DNA from: Eubacteriales bacterium
Lineage (GTDB): Bacteria; Bacillota; Clostridia; Oscillospirales; QAKW01
DNA: 64,000 nt
Assembly: GCA_045657265.1 (NCBI GenBank)
Contig: JAZOSU010000010.1
Location: 3,706 to 67,705 of the forward strand
Direction: 5' to 3'
The notes beneath the pieces are model-generated. The model did no database searches. It was not told where the DNA came from and saw nothing but the letters and a program-made list of their open reading frames with translations. The stretch's first letter is position 1. Every line of letters starts with the position of its first letter. Below are positions 56,295 through 64,000 of this stretch, piece by piece. The position numbers and the translations under genes are program-made.

Positions 56295-57023
56295 TTGGTA
56301 ATTTATGGTACCAGCAATGTTGGTAAAATTCGAAAAGATAATCAGGATTCTTATCTGTTTGATACTTTTGATACAAACTGCGGTTTTGCTGTGGTTTGTG
56401 ATGGTATGGGAGGTGCAAGCGGAGGAAAAACAGCAAGTCTGACAGCTGTCAATATTTTTGCTTCTAATCTTGCTAATCTTTCAGAAGATTGCTCAGGCGA
56501 TGATGTTTATGAAATATTAAATAAAGCTATAGATAAAGCTAATTTTGATATATATTCCAAAGCTATTAAGGATGATTCACTGCACGGGATGGGTACTACT
56601 CTTGTTTCTACAGTGATTGTAAACGATTCAGCTTATTTTACTAATATCGGAGATAGTAGGGCATATTTATTGCGTGATGGTAAACTAAAAAGAATAACGC
56701 GCGATCATTCTGCAGTGCAGGAACTTGTTGATCAGGGTCTTTTGACAGAACATCAAGCTCGTAATCATCCTAATAAAAATATTATTACTCGAGCTCTTGG
56801 CGTTGATAAAGTGATCAAATATGATTTTTTTGTCGAAAAACTTGAAAAAGATGATATTATAATAATGTGTACAGATGGAGTTACAAATCATGTAGACGAT
56901 TTGGAAATTCCTTTTGAAATAATCAAACAACAAAATTTAGAAACAGTTCCTCAGAAGCTGGTTGAACTTGCTAACCAAAGAGGCGGTTCAGATAATTCTA
57001 CTGTTGTAATAATCAAAATTTAG
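56295..57023 (+). CDS. prpC: PP2C-family Ser/Thr phosphatase PrpC/Stp1
   Basis: RKDNQD, VCDGMGG, GMGTT, NIGDSRAY, CTDG, GGSDNST. TTG 56295 is 7 nt after GAGGTG (ORF track uses GTG 56289). Confidence 0.94.
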   Translation: MVIYGTSNVGKIRKDNQDSYLFDTFDTNCGFAVVCDGMGGASGGKTASLTAVNIFASNLANLSEDCSGDDVYEILNKAIDKANFDIYSKAIKDDSLHGMGTTLVSTVIVNDSAYFTNIGDSRAYLLRDGKLKRITRDHSAVQELVDQGLLTEHQARNHPNKNIITRALGVDKVIKYDFFVEKLEKDDIIIMCTDGVTNHVDDLEIPFEIIKQQNLETVPQKLVELANQRGGSDNSTVVIIKI

Positions 57024-57036
57024 GAGGTTAAATCAA

Positions 57037-59091
57037 GTGGATAAATTTATCGGTAAAACATTAAATGACAGATATATATTAACAGAGATAATCGGTATTG
57101 GCGGAATGGCAGTTGTTTATAAAGCTTTTGATAGAGTTGTAAACAGAGTTGTAGCTGTAAAAATTCTTAAAGAAGAGTTTATGTCAGATGCTCAGTTCAG
57201 ACGTAGATTCACTAACGAATCAAAAGCAATCACTATGCTTTCTCAAAATAATATTGTTGACGTTTATGATGTATGTCTTGAAGGGGATATGATGTATATC
57301 GTTATGGAATACATAGACGGTATTACACTTAAAGAATATCTCGATAAAGTAAAAGTACTTGATTGGAAAGAAGCTGCTTTTTATATTAAGCAGATTTTAA
57401 AAGCTATGTCTCACGCTCATGAACGCGGCATTGTTCACAGAGATTTAAAACCTCATAATATTATGCTTCTTCGTGATGGCACAATTAAAGTGACTGATTT
57501 CGGTATTGCAAAGCTATCGAAATTTGATACTCAGACAATTACAGACAAAGCCATTGGTTCTGTTCATTATATTAGTCCTGAACAGGCAAGTGGTGACAGA
57601 ACAGATGAAAAGACAGATATTTATTCTGTTGGTGTAATGTTCTATGAAATGATCACGGGAACTTTGCCTTTCATAGCTGACAGCCCTGTTTCAGTTGCTT
57701 TGATGCAAGTTCAGGCTCAACCTAAACTTCCGAGAGAAATTAATCCCGAAATTCCTGCCGGTATCGAAGAGATCACAATTAAAGCCATGATGAAAAATCC
57801 CGAAATGCGTTATTCGTCTGCTCTTTTGATGTTTAATGACATTTTGGCTGTTGAAGAAAATCCGGAAATGGTATTTGGTTATCTTGATTTTTCTGAAGAA
57901 ATTGTTGATTTACCTGAAGAAAAATACTCTGACTACAATATTAATGAAAATACTGTTGAAGATGAAACGGCAACTGAATTTGAAGAGGATTCAGAAGAGG
58001 CAGAAGAATCAAAATTTAAAGCTTTCTGGATTCCTATTATCAGTGGTATTGGAACCGCTATATTAGTCGTTGCTTTGGTTGCTGCCGGAATTATATATTT
58101 CCCTGAACTTAAAAATTCTGTTGCTTCAACAACAGGTACAGTTGAAATGGTTACTGTACAGAATTATGTAGGTCAGGATTACGACGCTATTTTTAAAGAA
58201 AATGCTACAGGCCTTAAATTTGAAAAAGTAAATATTCTTAGTGAACAACCTAAAGGTCAGATTTTGTCACAAGAACCTGCAGCAAATACTGAAGTAGAAA
58301 AAGGTTCAACAATCACTTTCCAGGTAAGTACAGGCGTTGAAACAGTTCAGATTCCAGATGTCACAAACAAACACTATCAGGTAGCAATGGATGAACTTTT
58401 TGATTTAGGTATACTTTATAAAACAGCGTTTATTTCACACGATACAATTAAAGAAAACTATGTTGTAAAAACTGACCCTGCAGCATTCACAGAAATTCAG
58501 TCAGATTCAACAATTACAATTTATATTAGCTCAGGTCCCGATATTGTTACTGTCGAAGTACCTGATCTTATAAAGAGAAACGTTGATGACGCTGTTGAAA
58601 AGCTGTCTGCAGTTAATCTTAAAGCTGATAAACTTTATGAATATGATGAAACAGTTCCTGTAGATTGCATTATCAGTCAGAATAAAGAAGCAGGAGCAAT
58701 TGTTGAAGAAGGAACAACAATTGAAATTACAATAAGTCTCGGACCAAAACCTGAGGACGAGAAGAACCCTGAAGACGAGAAAAATCCTGAGGATGAAAAG
58801 AATCCTGAGGGTGAAAAGAACCCCGAAGACGAGAAAAATCCTGAGGGTGAAAAGAACCCCGAAGACGAGAAAAATCCTGAGGATGAAAAGAATCCTGAGG
58901 GTGAAAAGAACCCCGAAGACGAGAAGAATCCTGAGGATGAAAAAAATCCTGAAACAGATGCCCCCACTGATGGTGAGGTTGAAAATCCGGACGATAATTC
59001 AAACGAGGGAAATGAATCGACAGATGAAAATTCCAATGGTGAATCAGATGCTGAAAAGCCTTCTGATACCACAACAGCAGAGAATAATTAA
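57037..59091 (+). CDS. prkC: PASTA-domain Ser/Thr protein kinase PrkC/Stk1
   Basis: IGIGGMA, VAVK, HRDLKPHN, DFGIA, GSVHYISPEQA, one TM helix, three PASTA repeats, acidic repeat tail. Confidence 0.96.
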   Translation: MDKFIGKTLNDRYILTEIIGIGGMAVVYKAFDRVVNRVVAVKILKEEFMSDAQFRRRFTNESKAITMLSQNNIVDVYDVCLEGDMMYIVMEYIDGITLKEYLDKVKVLDWKEAAFYIKQILKAMSHAHERGIVHRDLKPHNIMLLRDGTIKVTDFGIAKLSKFDTQTITDKAIGSVHYISPEQASGDRTDEKTDIYSVGVMFYEMITGTLPFIADSPVSVALMQVQAQPKLPREINPEIPAGIEEITIKAMMKNPEMRYSSALLMFNDILAVEENPEMVFGYLDFSEEIVDLPEEKYSDYNINENTVEDETATEFEEDSEEAEESKFKAFWIPIISGIGTAILVVALVAAGIIYFPELKNSVASTTGTVEMVTVQNYVGQDYDAIFKENATGLKFEKVNILSEQPKGQILSQEPAANTEVEKGSTITFQVSTGVETVQIPDVTNKHYQVAMDELFDLGILYKTAFISHDTIKENYVVKTDPAAFTEIQSDSTITIYISSGPDIVTVEVPDLIKRNVDDAVEKLSAVNLKADKLYEYDETVPVDCIISQNKEAGAIVEEGTTIEITISLGPKPEDEKNPEDEKNPEDEKNPEGEKNPEDEKNPEGEKNPEDEKNPEDEKNPEGEKNPEDEKNPEDEKNPETDAPTDGEVENPDDNSNEGNESTDENSNGESDAEKPSDTTTAENN
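58750..58953 (+). repeat. 18-bp tandem repeat, 11 full copies plus a partial, encoding PE(D/G)EKN
   Basis: Units start every 18 nt from 58750 to 58930 (e.g. cctgaggatgaaaagaat, cctgagggtgaaaagaac, cccgaagacgagaaaaat); in frame within prkC. Confidence 0.97.
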
Positions 59092-59144
59092 TTCACATTA
59101 TCTCTGTTGTGGCGTTTAATGATATTTTAATAATCGGAGTAATT

Positions 59145-59543
59145 ATGAATAGAACTAAAGAAAGAATTGCGGCATTTGAAATTATTTTTACTTTTCCATT
59201 TAACAGTGAAAAGAATATCAATGAAATATTAATTAGTTATTGTCAGCATAAAGAAGAATTTCAACTTACAGAGTATATCAGCACAACTGTAAAAGGTGTT
59301 GCTGATAATATTGAAAAAATTGATATTCTTATTAAGAATAATATTAAATCAAGAAAATTCGAGCGACTTGATAATGTGTGTCTTGCCGTTATGCGTCTTG
59401 GTGTGTACGAAATGTTATTTAATGATGACATCCCTACAAGTGTCGCAATAAACGAGGCTATAGAGATTATTAAAAAATATGATGATAGTCTTTCGGCTTT
59501 TGTGCATGGTAATCTTGCTATTATTTCTAAGGCTGAAATATGA
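59145..59543 (+). CDS. nusB: Transcription antitermination factor NusB
   Basis: MNRTKERIAAFEIIF, ERLDNV..AVMRLGVYEM, P.SVAINEAIEI.KKY, FVHGNL. ATG at 59145 follows GGAG. Confidence 0.92.
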   Translation: MNRTKERIAAFEIIFTFPFNSEKNINEILISYCQHKEEFQLTEYISTTVKGVADNIEKIDILIKNNIKSRKFERLDNVCLAVMRLGVYEMLFNDDIPTSVAINEAIEIIKKYDDSLSAFVHGNLAIISKAEI

Positions 59544-60472
59544 GTAAAATTTTATCTTTTGATACAAGTAACTATACAACTTCAGCTTGTGTATTTGATA
59601 CAAATTCAGGAATTGTTTGGGAGAACAGAATTATGTTACCTGTAACTACAGGTCAGTGCGGTTTACGACAAAGCGAAGCTGTTTTTTTACATAATAAAAA
59701 TCTAACTACGCTCTTTGACAACATTCCGAAATTTGATGTTGATTACGTTGCAGTAAGTAACTGTCCATCTGAACGTAGTAATTCATATATGCCTTGTTTT
59801 GTTGTCGGTACAAGCTTTGCAACAAGCATTTCACGAATTTTAGATGTACCGCTTTATATGTGTTCACATCAGAAAAACCATATTGGTGCAGCAGCTTATT
59901 CAGGAAGATGCACAGATATTTTGAAAGATGAATTTTTTGCTTTTCATATTTCAGGAGGCACCACTGATATTTTGCATTGTGTAAATAATAACGGTGTTGT
60001 TGAAATTCATAAAATCGGAGGTACTGCTGATATTAGCTGCGGTCAACTTATTGACAGAACAGGAGTTATGCTTGGTTTTTCTTTTCCGTGTGGAAGGTAC
60101 GTTGATGAGTGCTCAAATGGAAATCTTAGTGGTAAAATTAAGATTAGCAAAAACGAATTTTATTATAACTTTTCCGGTTTTGAAAATAAAATAGCTGAAT
60201 TCTATGATGAAGGTATGGATAAAACAGAAATTTGCAATTTCTCTTTAGATGTTGTATATACTTTTCTTTTTGATTCGATTATCAGTCTTAAAAAATATTA
60301 TAAAGATATACCTGTAATTTTATCCGGTGGTGTTATGTCTAACAAACATATTTCTTCTATGATTCTGGAAAAATTCAATGACGTATATTTTGCCGAAAAG
60401 AAATATTCTGTAGATAACTCTCTCGGTACTGCATATATGTGTGCTTTTGAAAGGGGACTGTTAAATGAGTGA
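59540..60472 (+). CDS. Kae1/TsaD (peptidase M22, ASKHA) family paralogue
   Basis: ILSFDTSNYTTS, HQKNH metal motif, ISGGTT, DISCGQLIDR..LGFSFPCG, NFSG, LSGGVMSN, SVDN. Confidence 0.82.
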   Translation: MSKILSFDTSNYTTSACVFDTNSGIVWENRIMLPVTTGQCGLRQSEAVFLHNKNLTTLFDNIPKFDVDYVAVSNCPSERSNSYMPCFVVGTSFATSISRILDVPLYMCSHQKNHIGAAAYSGRCTDILKDEFFAFHISGGTTDILHCVNNNGVVEIHKIGGTADISCGQLIDRTGVMLGFSFPCGRYVDECSNGNLSGKIKISKNEFYYNFSGFENKIAEFYDEGMDKTEICNFSLDVVYTFLFDSIISLKKYYKDIPVILSGGVMSNKHISSMILEKFNDVYFAEKKYSVDNSLGTAYMCAFERGLLNE

Positions 60473-61673
60473 AAATGTTATTACAGTTAGCGGTCTTACC
60501 AAATATATTAAAAATATATTAGAGAATGATAATAATTTGATATCTTTTACCGTATCAGGTGAAATTTCAAATCTTACTGTTCATAGGACAGGTCATTTAT
60601 ATTTTGCTTTAAAAGATGAACATGCTGTAATTAATGCCGTAATGTTCAGAAGCTGCGTTGCAGGACTTAAATTCAAACCTGAAAATGGAATGAAAGTAAT
60701 TGCTAAAGGAAAAATTACTGTTTTTGAACCTGCAGGCAGATATCAGATTTTGGTTACATCTATGCAAATTGACGGAATAGGCGATTTATACGTTGCTTAT
60801 GAGCTTTTAAAGAAGAAACTCGAAGCAGAAGGATTGTTTTCACAATCGCATAAAATACCTCTTCCTAAAATACCAAAAACAGTTGGTGTAATCACATCGC
60901 CAACAGGTGCGGCAATCAGAGATATAATAAATGTTTTAGGCAGACGTTTTCCGTATAGTGAAGTTTTACTTTATCCGTCTTTGGTACAAGGTGAAAATGC
61001 ACCTTCAGAGCTTATAAATGCTTTACGCTTTTTTGAAAAAACAAAGTGTGCAGAAGTCGTTATTATCGGAAGGGGTGGTGGCTCAATTGAAGATTTGTGG
61101 GCGTTTAATAATGAGCAACTTGCTCGCTATATTTTCGATATGACTGTTCCTATTGTTTCAGCGGTTGGTCACGAAATAGATTTTACTATTTGCGATTTTG
61201 TTGCAGATATGAGAGCACCTACGCCATCTGCTGCTGCAGAAATCGCGGTACCTGACACTAATGAACTTCTTACGAAATTTGATAATGTAAACAAACGATT
61301 AAAACTTAATTTGTTAAAACATACCGAAAATGCTCAAAATAAATTTGACAGTTTATTAAAATCCCGTGTTTTTACAGATTCTGATTTTATGTTTGAACAC
61401 AGAAATCTTTTGCTTGACCATAATAATGAAAAACTTTTTAAATCGCTGGAACTTTCTGTTGCAAAATCTGAATCTTCATTTGAAAAAATTGCTTCAAAAC
61501 TTGATGCGCTTAGTCCGTTGAAGATTATTTCAAGAGGATATTTGTTCGCAAGAAATTCTCAAAATGAAATTGTAAAATCAATAGATGATTTAAAAGAAAA
61601 TACAGGTATTAATTTAAAACTTTCTGACGGCAGTGCGAAATGCACTGTTGATCAGATAATTAAGGATGTATAA
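60465..61673 (+). CDS. xseA: Exodeoxyribonuclease VII large subunit
   Basis: GEISN...GHLYFALKD, GVITSPTGAAIRDI, RGGGSIEDLWAFN, VGHEIDFT..DFVAD.RAPTPSAAAE. Confidence 0.97.
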   Translation: MSENVITVSGLTKYIKNILENDNNLISFTVSGEISNLTVHRTGHLYFALKDEHAVINAVMFRSCVAGLKFKPENGMKVIAKGKITVFEPAGRYQILVTSMQIDGIGDLYVAYELLKKKLEAEGLFSQSHKIPLPKIPKTVGVITSPTGAAIRDIINVLGRRFPYSEVLLYPSLVQGENAPSELINALRFFEKTKCAEVVIIGRGGGSIEDLWAFNNEQLARYIFDMTVPIVSAVGHEIDFTICDFVADMRAPTPSAAAEIAVPDTNELLTKFDNVNKRLKLNLLKHTENAQNKFDSLLKSRVFTDSDFMFEHRNLLLDHNNEKLFKSLELSVAKSESSFEKIASKLDALSPLKIISRGYLFARNSQNEIVKSIDDLKENTGINLKLSDGSAKCTVDQIIKDV

Positions 61674-61674
61674 T

Positions 61675-61902
61675 ATGGAAAATAATATTACGTTTGAACA
61701 GGCTTTGGCAAAACTTGAAAAAATAGTTCGTGATCTTGAAAGCGGTGAAATACCGTTGGAAGAATCAATAAAGCTTTTTGAAGAAGGTGTTAAGCTTTCG
61801 GGTGTTTGTTCTTCTTTACTTAAAGAAGCTAAACAAAAAGTTGAAATTCTTATTGATAACGGAACTAACATTACAAAGGAAGCTTTTAAAGCCAATGAAT
61901 AA
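61675..61902 (+). CDS. xseB: Exodeoxyribonuclease VII small subunit
   Basis: FEQALAKLEKIVRDLESGEIPLEESIKLFEEG. Confidence 0.95.
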   Translation: MENNITFEQALAKLEKIVRDLESGEIPLEESIKLFEEGVKLSGVCSSLLKEAKQKVEILIDNGTNITKEAFKANE

Positions 61903-62761
61903 ATATAAATCTTTGATTGAAAAAATCAATAATCATTTAGATAAGATTTCTTTGTATGATAATTCTTCATTTGAAATTTTATCAAAGGCTCAGCGTTATT
62001 CTTTGATGTCTGGTGGAAAACATCTCAGGGCATTGATTTTGCTTCAGACGGCATCAATTGGTAAAATCAATGTTGATGATATACTTGATTTTGCATCTGC
62101 AATCGAAATGGTTCATACATATTCACTGATTCACGATGATTTACCGGAAATGGACAATGATGATTTAAGACGCGGTGTTGCAACCTGCCATAAAAAATTC
62201 GGTGCTGATATTGCTCTTTTAGCAGGTGATGCTTTACTTACTAAAGCTTTTAACGTCATTGCTAACAATTCTTCTTTTTCATCTGATATCAAACTTGAAT
62301 GTATTAAAATTCTTTCAGATGCTTGCGGTGAAAAAGGAATGCTCGCAGGTCAGACTATTGATAAAATCAGTGAAAACAAAAAAATCAGCTATGAGCAGTT
62401 ATCGGAATTGCACTCGAGAAAAACAGGCGATATGTTTTTAGCAAGTGTAAAAATGGGGTGTGTTTTAGGTAATGTAGATTGTAAAACATCAAGATTGCTT
62501 GAACAGTATATGTCTTTACTTGGTATAGCTTTTCAAATTAAAGATGATATTTTAGATGTCACCTCTACTCGGGAACAACTTGGCAAACCAATTAATAGTG
62601 ATATTGAGTGCCAAAAATCTACATTTGTTAGCCTTTTTGGTTTAGAAAAATCAAAAGAATTATTAAACGAGAAAATAAAACAAGCTTTGGAAATAGCAAA
62701 ACAAATAAACAATCAGTTTTTTGTTGATTTGGCGATTTTTTTTGAACAAAGAACTATGTGA
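61895..62761 (+). CDS. ispA: Farnesyl/geranylgeranyl diphosphate synthase
   Basis: GGKHLR, HTYSLIHDDLPEMDNDDLRRG (FARM), ALLAGDALL, KTG, AFQIKDDILD (SARM). ATG at 61895 overlaps xseB. Confidence 0.95.
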   Translation: MNKYKSLIEKINNHLDKISLYDNSSFEILSKAQRYSLMSGGKHLRALILLQTASIGKINVDDILDFASAIEMVHTYSLIHDDLPEMDNDDLRRGVATCHKKFGADIALLAGDALLTKAFNVIANNSSFSSDIKLECIKILSDACGEKGMLAGQTIDKISENKKISYEQLSELHSRKTGDMFLASVKMGCVLGNVDCKTSRLLEQYMSLLGIAFQIKDDILDVTSTREQLGKPINSDIECQKSTFVSLFGLEKSKELLNEKIKQALEIAKQINNQFFVDLAIFFEQRTM

Positions 62762-62775
62762 TTAATCGGGGTTAT

Positions 62776-64000
62776 ATGGAATATAGAATGCTTAAAAAAT
62801 TAAATAGCATAGATGTTCTTAAATCAATGAAAGTTGATGAACTAAAAAAACTTGCGGAAGAAATAAGAAATTCTCTTATTGTAAATGTTTCAAACACAGG
62901 CGGACATCTTGCAAGTAATTTGGGTGTTGTTGAACTTACTATTGCTGTACATAGAGTATTCAATTCTCCAAAAGATCAAATTGTTTTTGATGTTGGACAT
63001 CAATGTTATGTTCATAAAATTCTTACAGGCAGATATGAAGAATTTAAATCTCTTAGAAAAAAAGATGGGATTTCCGGATTTCCAAACCCTGATGAAAGTG
63101 TACATGATATTTTCAAATCGGGACACAGCTCAACTTCAATTTCAGCAGCTTTAGGACTTGCAAGTGCTAACAGTATAAATAATGTTGATTCTACAACCGT
63201 TGCAGTTATAGGTGATGGTTCAATGACGGGCGGTCTTGCATATGAAGGTTTAAATAATGCGGGAAATTCGGGTAAAAAATTAGTTGTTATTCTCAATGAT
63301 AATAAAATGAGTATTTCCGAAAATGTCGGTTCCATTTCTAAAACCTTGCTTAGACTCAGAAGTAAAAGCGGTTATTTTAAAGTTAAAGATTTTTTATCTG
63401 ACATTTCAACTAAAACTCCGTGTATAGGCAAACCACTTTACAGATGGTTGGTCAAACTAAAATCAGCTATAAAGCATTATTTTTATTCTCCTAATATATT
63501 TGAAAGTATGGGCTTTAAATATTTAGGACCTATTGATGGACACAATATTGAATTATTAGTCAGAATGTTAGATAGAGCTAAGTCATTGGAATGTCCGGTA
63601 CTTATTCATGTTAAAACCAAGAAGGGAAAAGGTTATAGTTTTGCTGAAAACCAACCTCATAAATTCCATGGTGTTGGCGAATTTGATATAGGTACAGGAA
63701 CAACTAATGCATCTGAAATTGTTACTTTTTCCGATGCATTTGGAAGAAGTCTTCTGTCTTTAAGCGATAAAAATAATAAAATTTGCGCTATTACTGCCGC
63801 TATGGGTGATAGCTGCGGTTTAAAAACATTTAAGTTCAAATATCCCGACCGTTATTTTGATGTTGGTATAGCAGAACAACATGCGGTTACTTTTGCGTGT
63901 GGTCTTGCTAAAAACGGATTTATTCCGGTTTTTGCTGTCTATTCTACATTTTTGCAAAGAGCATATGATCAGATTATTCACGATATTTCTTTGCAAAAGT
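62776..64000 (+). CDS. dxs: 1-deoxy-D-xylulose-5-phosphate synthase (3'-truncated by window end; missing from the ORF track)
   Basis: ATG at 62776, frame open to the window end: GGHLASNLGVVELT, FDVGHQCYVHKILTGR, GHSSTSISAALG, IGDGSMTGGLAYEGLNN, GPIDGHN, DVGIAEQHAVT, YSTFLQRAYDQ. Confidence 0.96.
   Translation, partial: MEYRMLKKLNSIDVLKSMKVDELKKLAEEIRNSLIVNVSNTGGHLASNLGVVELTIAVHRVFNSPKDQIVFDVGHQCYVHKILTGRYEEFKSLRKKDGISGFPNPDESVHDIFKSGHSSTSISAALGLASANSINNVDSTTVAVIGDGSMTGGLAYEGLNNAGNSGKKLVVILNDNKMSISENVGSISKTLLRLRSKSGYFKVKDFLSDISTKTPCIGKPLYRWLVKLKSAIKHYFYSPNIFESMGFKYLGPIDGHNIELLVRMLDRAKSLECPVLIHVKTKKGKGYSFAENQPHKFHGVGEFDIGTGTTNASEIVTFSDAFGRSLLSLSDKNNKICAITAAMGDSCGLKTFKFKYPDRYFDVGIAEQHAVTFACGLAKNGFIPVFAVYSTFLQRAYDQIIHDISLQK

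Noticed and set aside
58677-59119. CRISPR-like array, or alternative-frame ORFs over the 18-bp repeat
   Set aside because: The units are contiguous with no unique spacers and there are no cas genes. Variation is mostly synonymous in the prkC frame, and the other ORFs are by-products of a stop-free repeat.
1978-61895. Numerous 60-180 aa minus-strand and off-frame ORFs
   Set aside because: All overlap well-supported + strand housekeeping genes, lack recognisable motifs and show antisense-shadow composition.
62772-63839. Several short ORFs listed at the window end
   Set aside because: They are shadows of the dxs gene (62776 to beyond 64000), which the track omits because its stop lies outside the window.

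Overview
An AT-rich, very gene-dense chromosomal segment of a Clostridia-class Firmicute; gene order and protein styles suggest Oscillospirales/Ruminococcaceae-like (inference). Every protein gene is on the + strand, often with overlapping stop/start codons. The content is almost entirely core genome: rlmB; the large (Alu-domain) SRP RNA followed by dnaX-ebfC-recR-pgm; tRNA-Thr(CGT); a HI0933 flavoprotein-cmk-plsC-ispH/rpsA operon; miaB-ymcA/ylbF-mutS-mutL-miaA running into a ylm/divIVA division cluster; pyrH-frr-uppS-cdsA-dxr-rseP-ispG-polC-murB-whiA-dnaE; pfkA; tRNA-Leu(CAA); an Fmt-like formyltransferase and type III glutamine synthetase; yloC-remA-gmk-rpoZ-priA-def-fmt-yugP-rsmB-rlmN-prpC-prkC; and nusB-Kae1-like-xseAB-ispA-dxs (truncated by the window end). 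I found no mobile element, prophage, CRISPR array or defence system. The most unusual observation is two intact but apparently catalytically dead P-type ATPase-derived membrane proteins of different subfamilies (P2-like and P1B-like) flanking rlmB. Other points of interest are a strong internal ribosome-binding site inside the ispH-rpsA fusion, an orphan membrane-fusion-type protein heading the division cluster, a Kae1-like TsaD paralogue, a possible ATC start for rlmN, and an 11-copy 18-bp VNTR in the PrkC extracellular tail. All calls come from motif recognition by eye; no database search was run.
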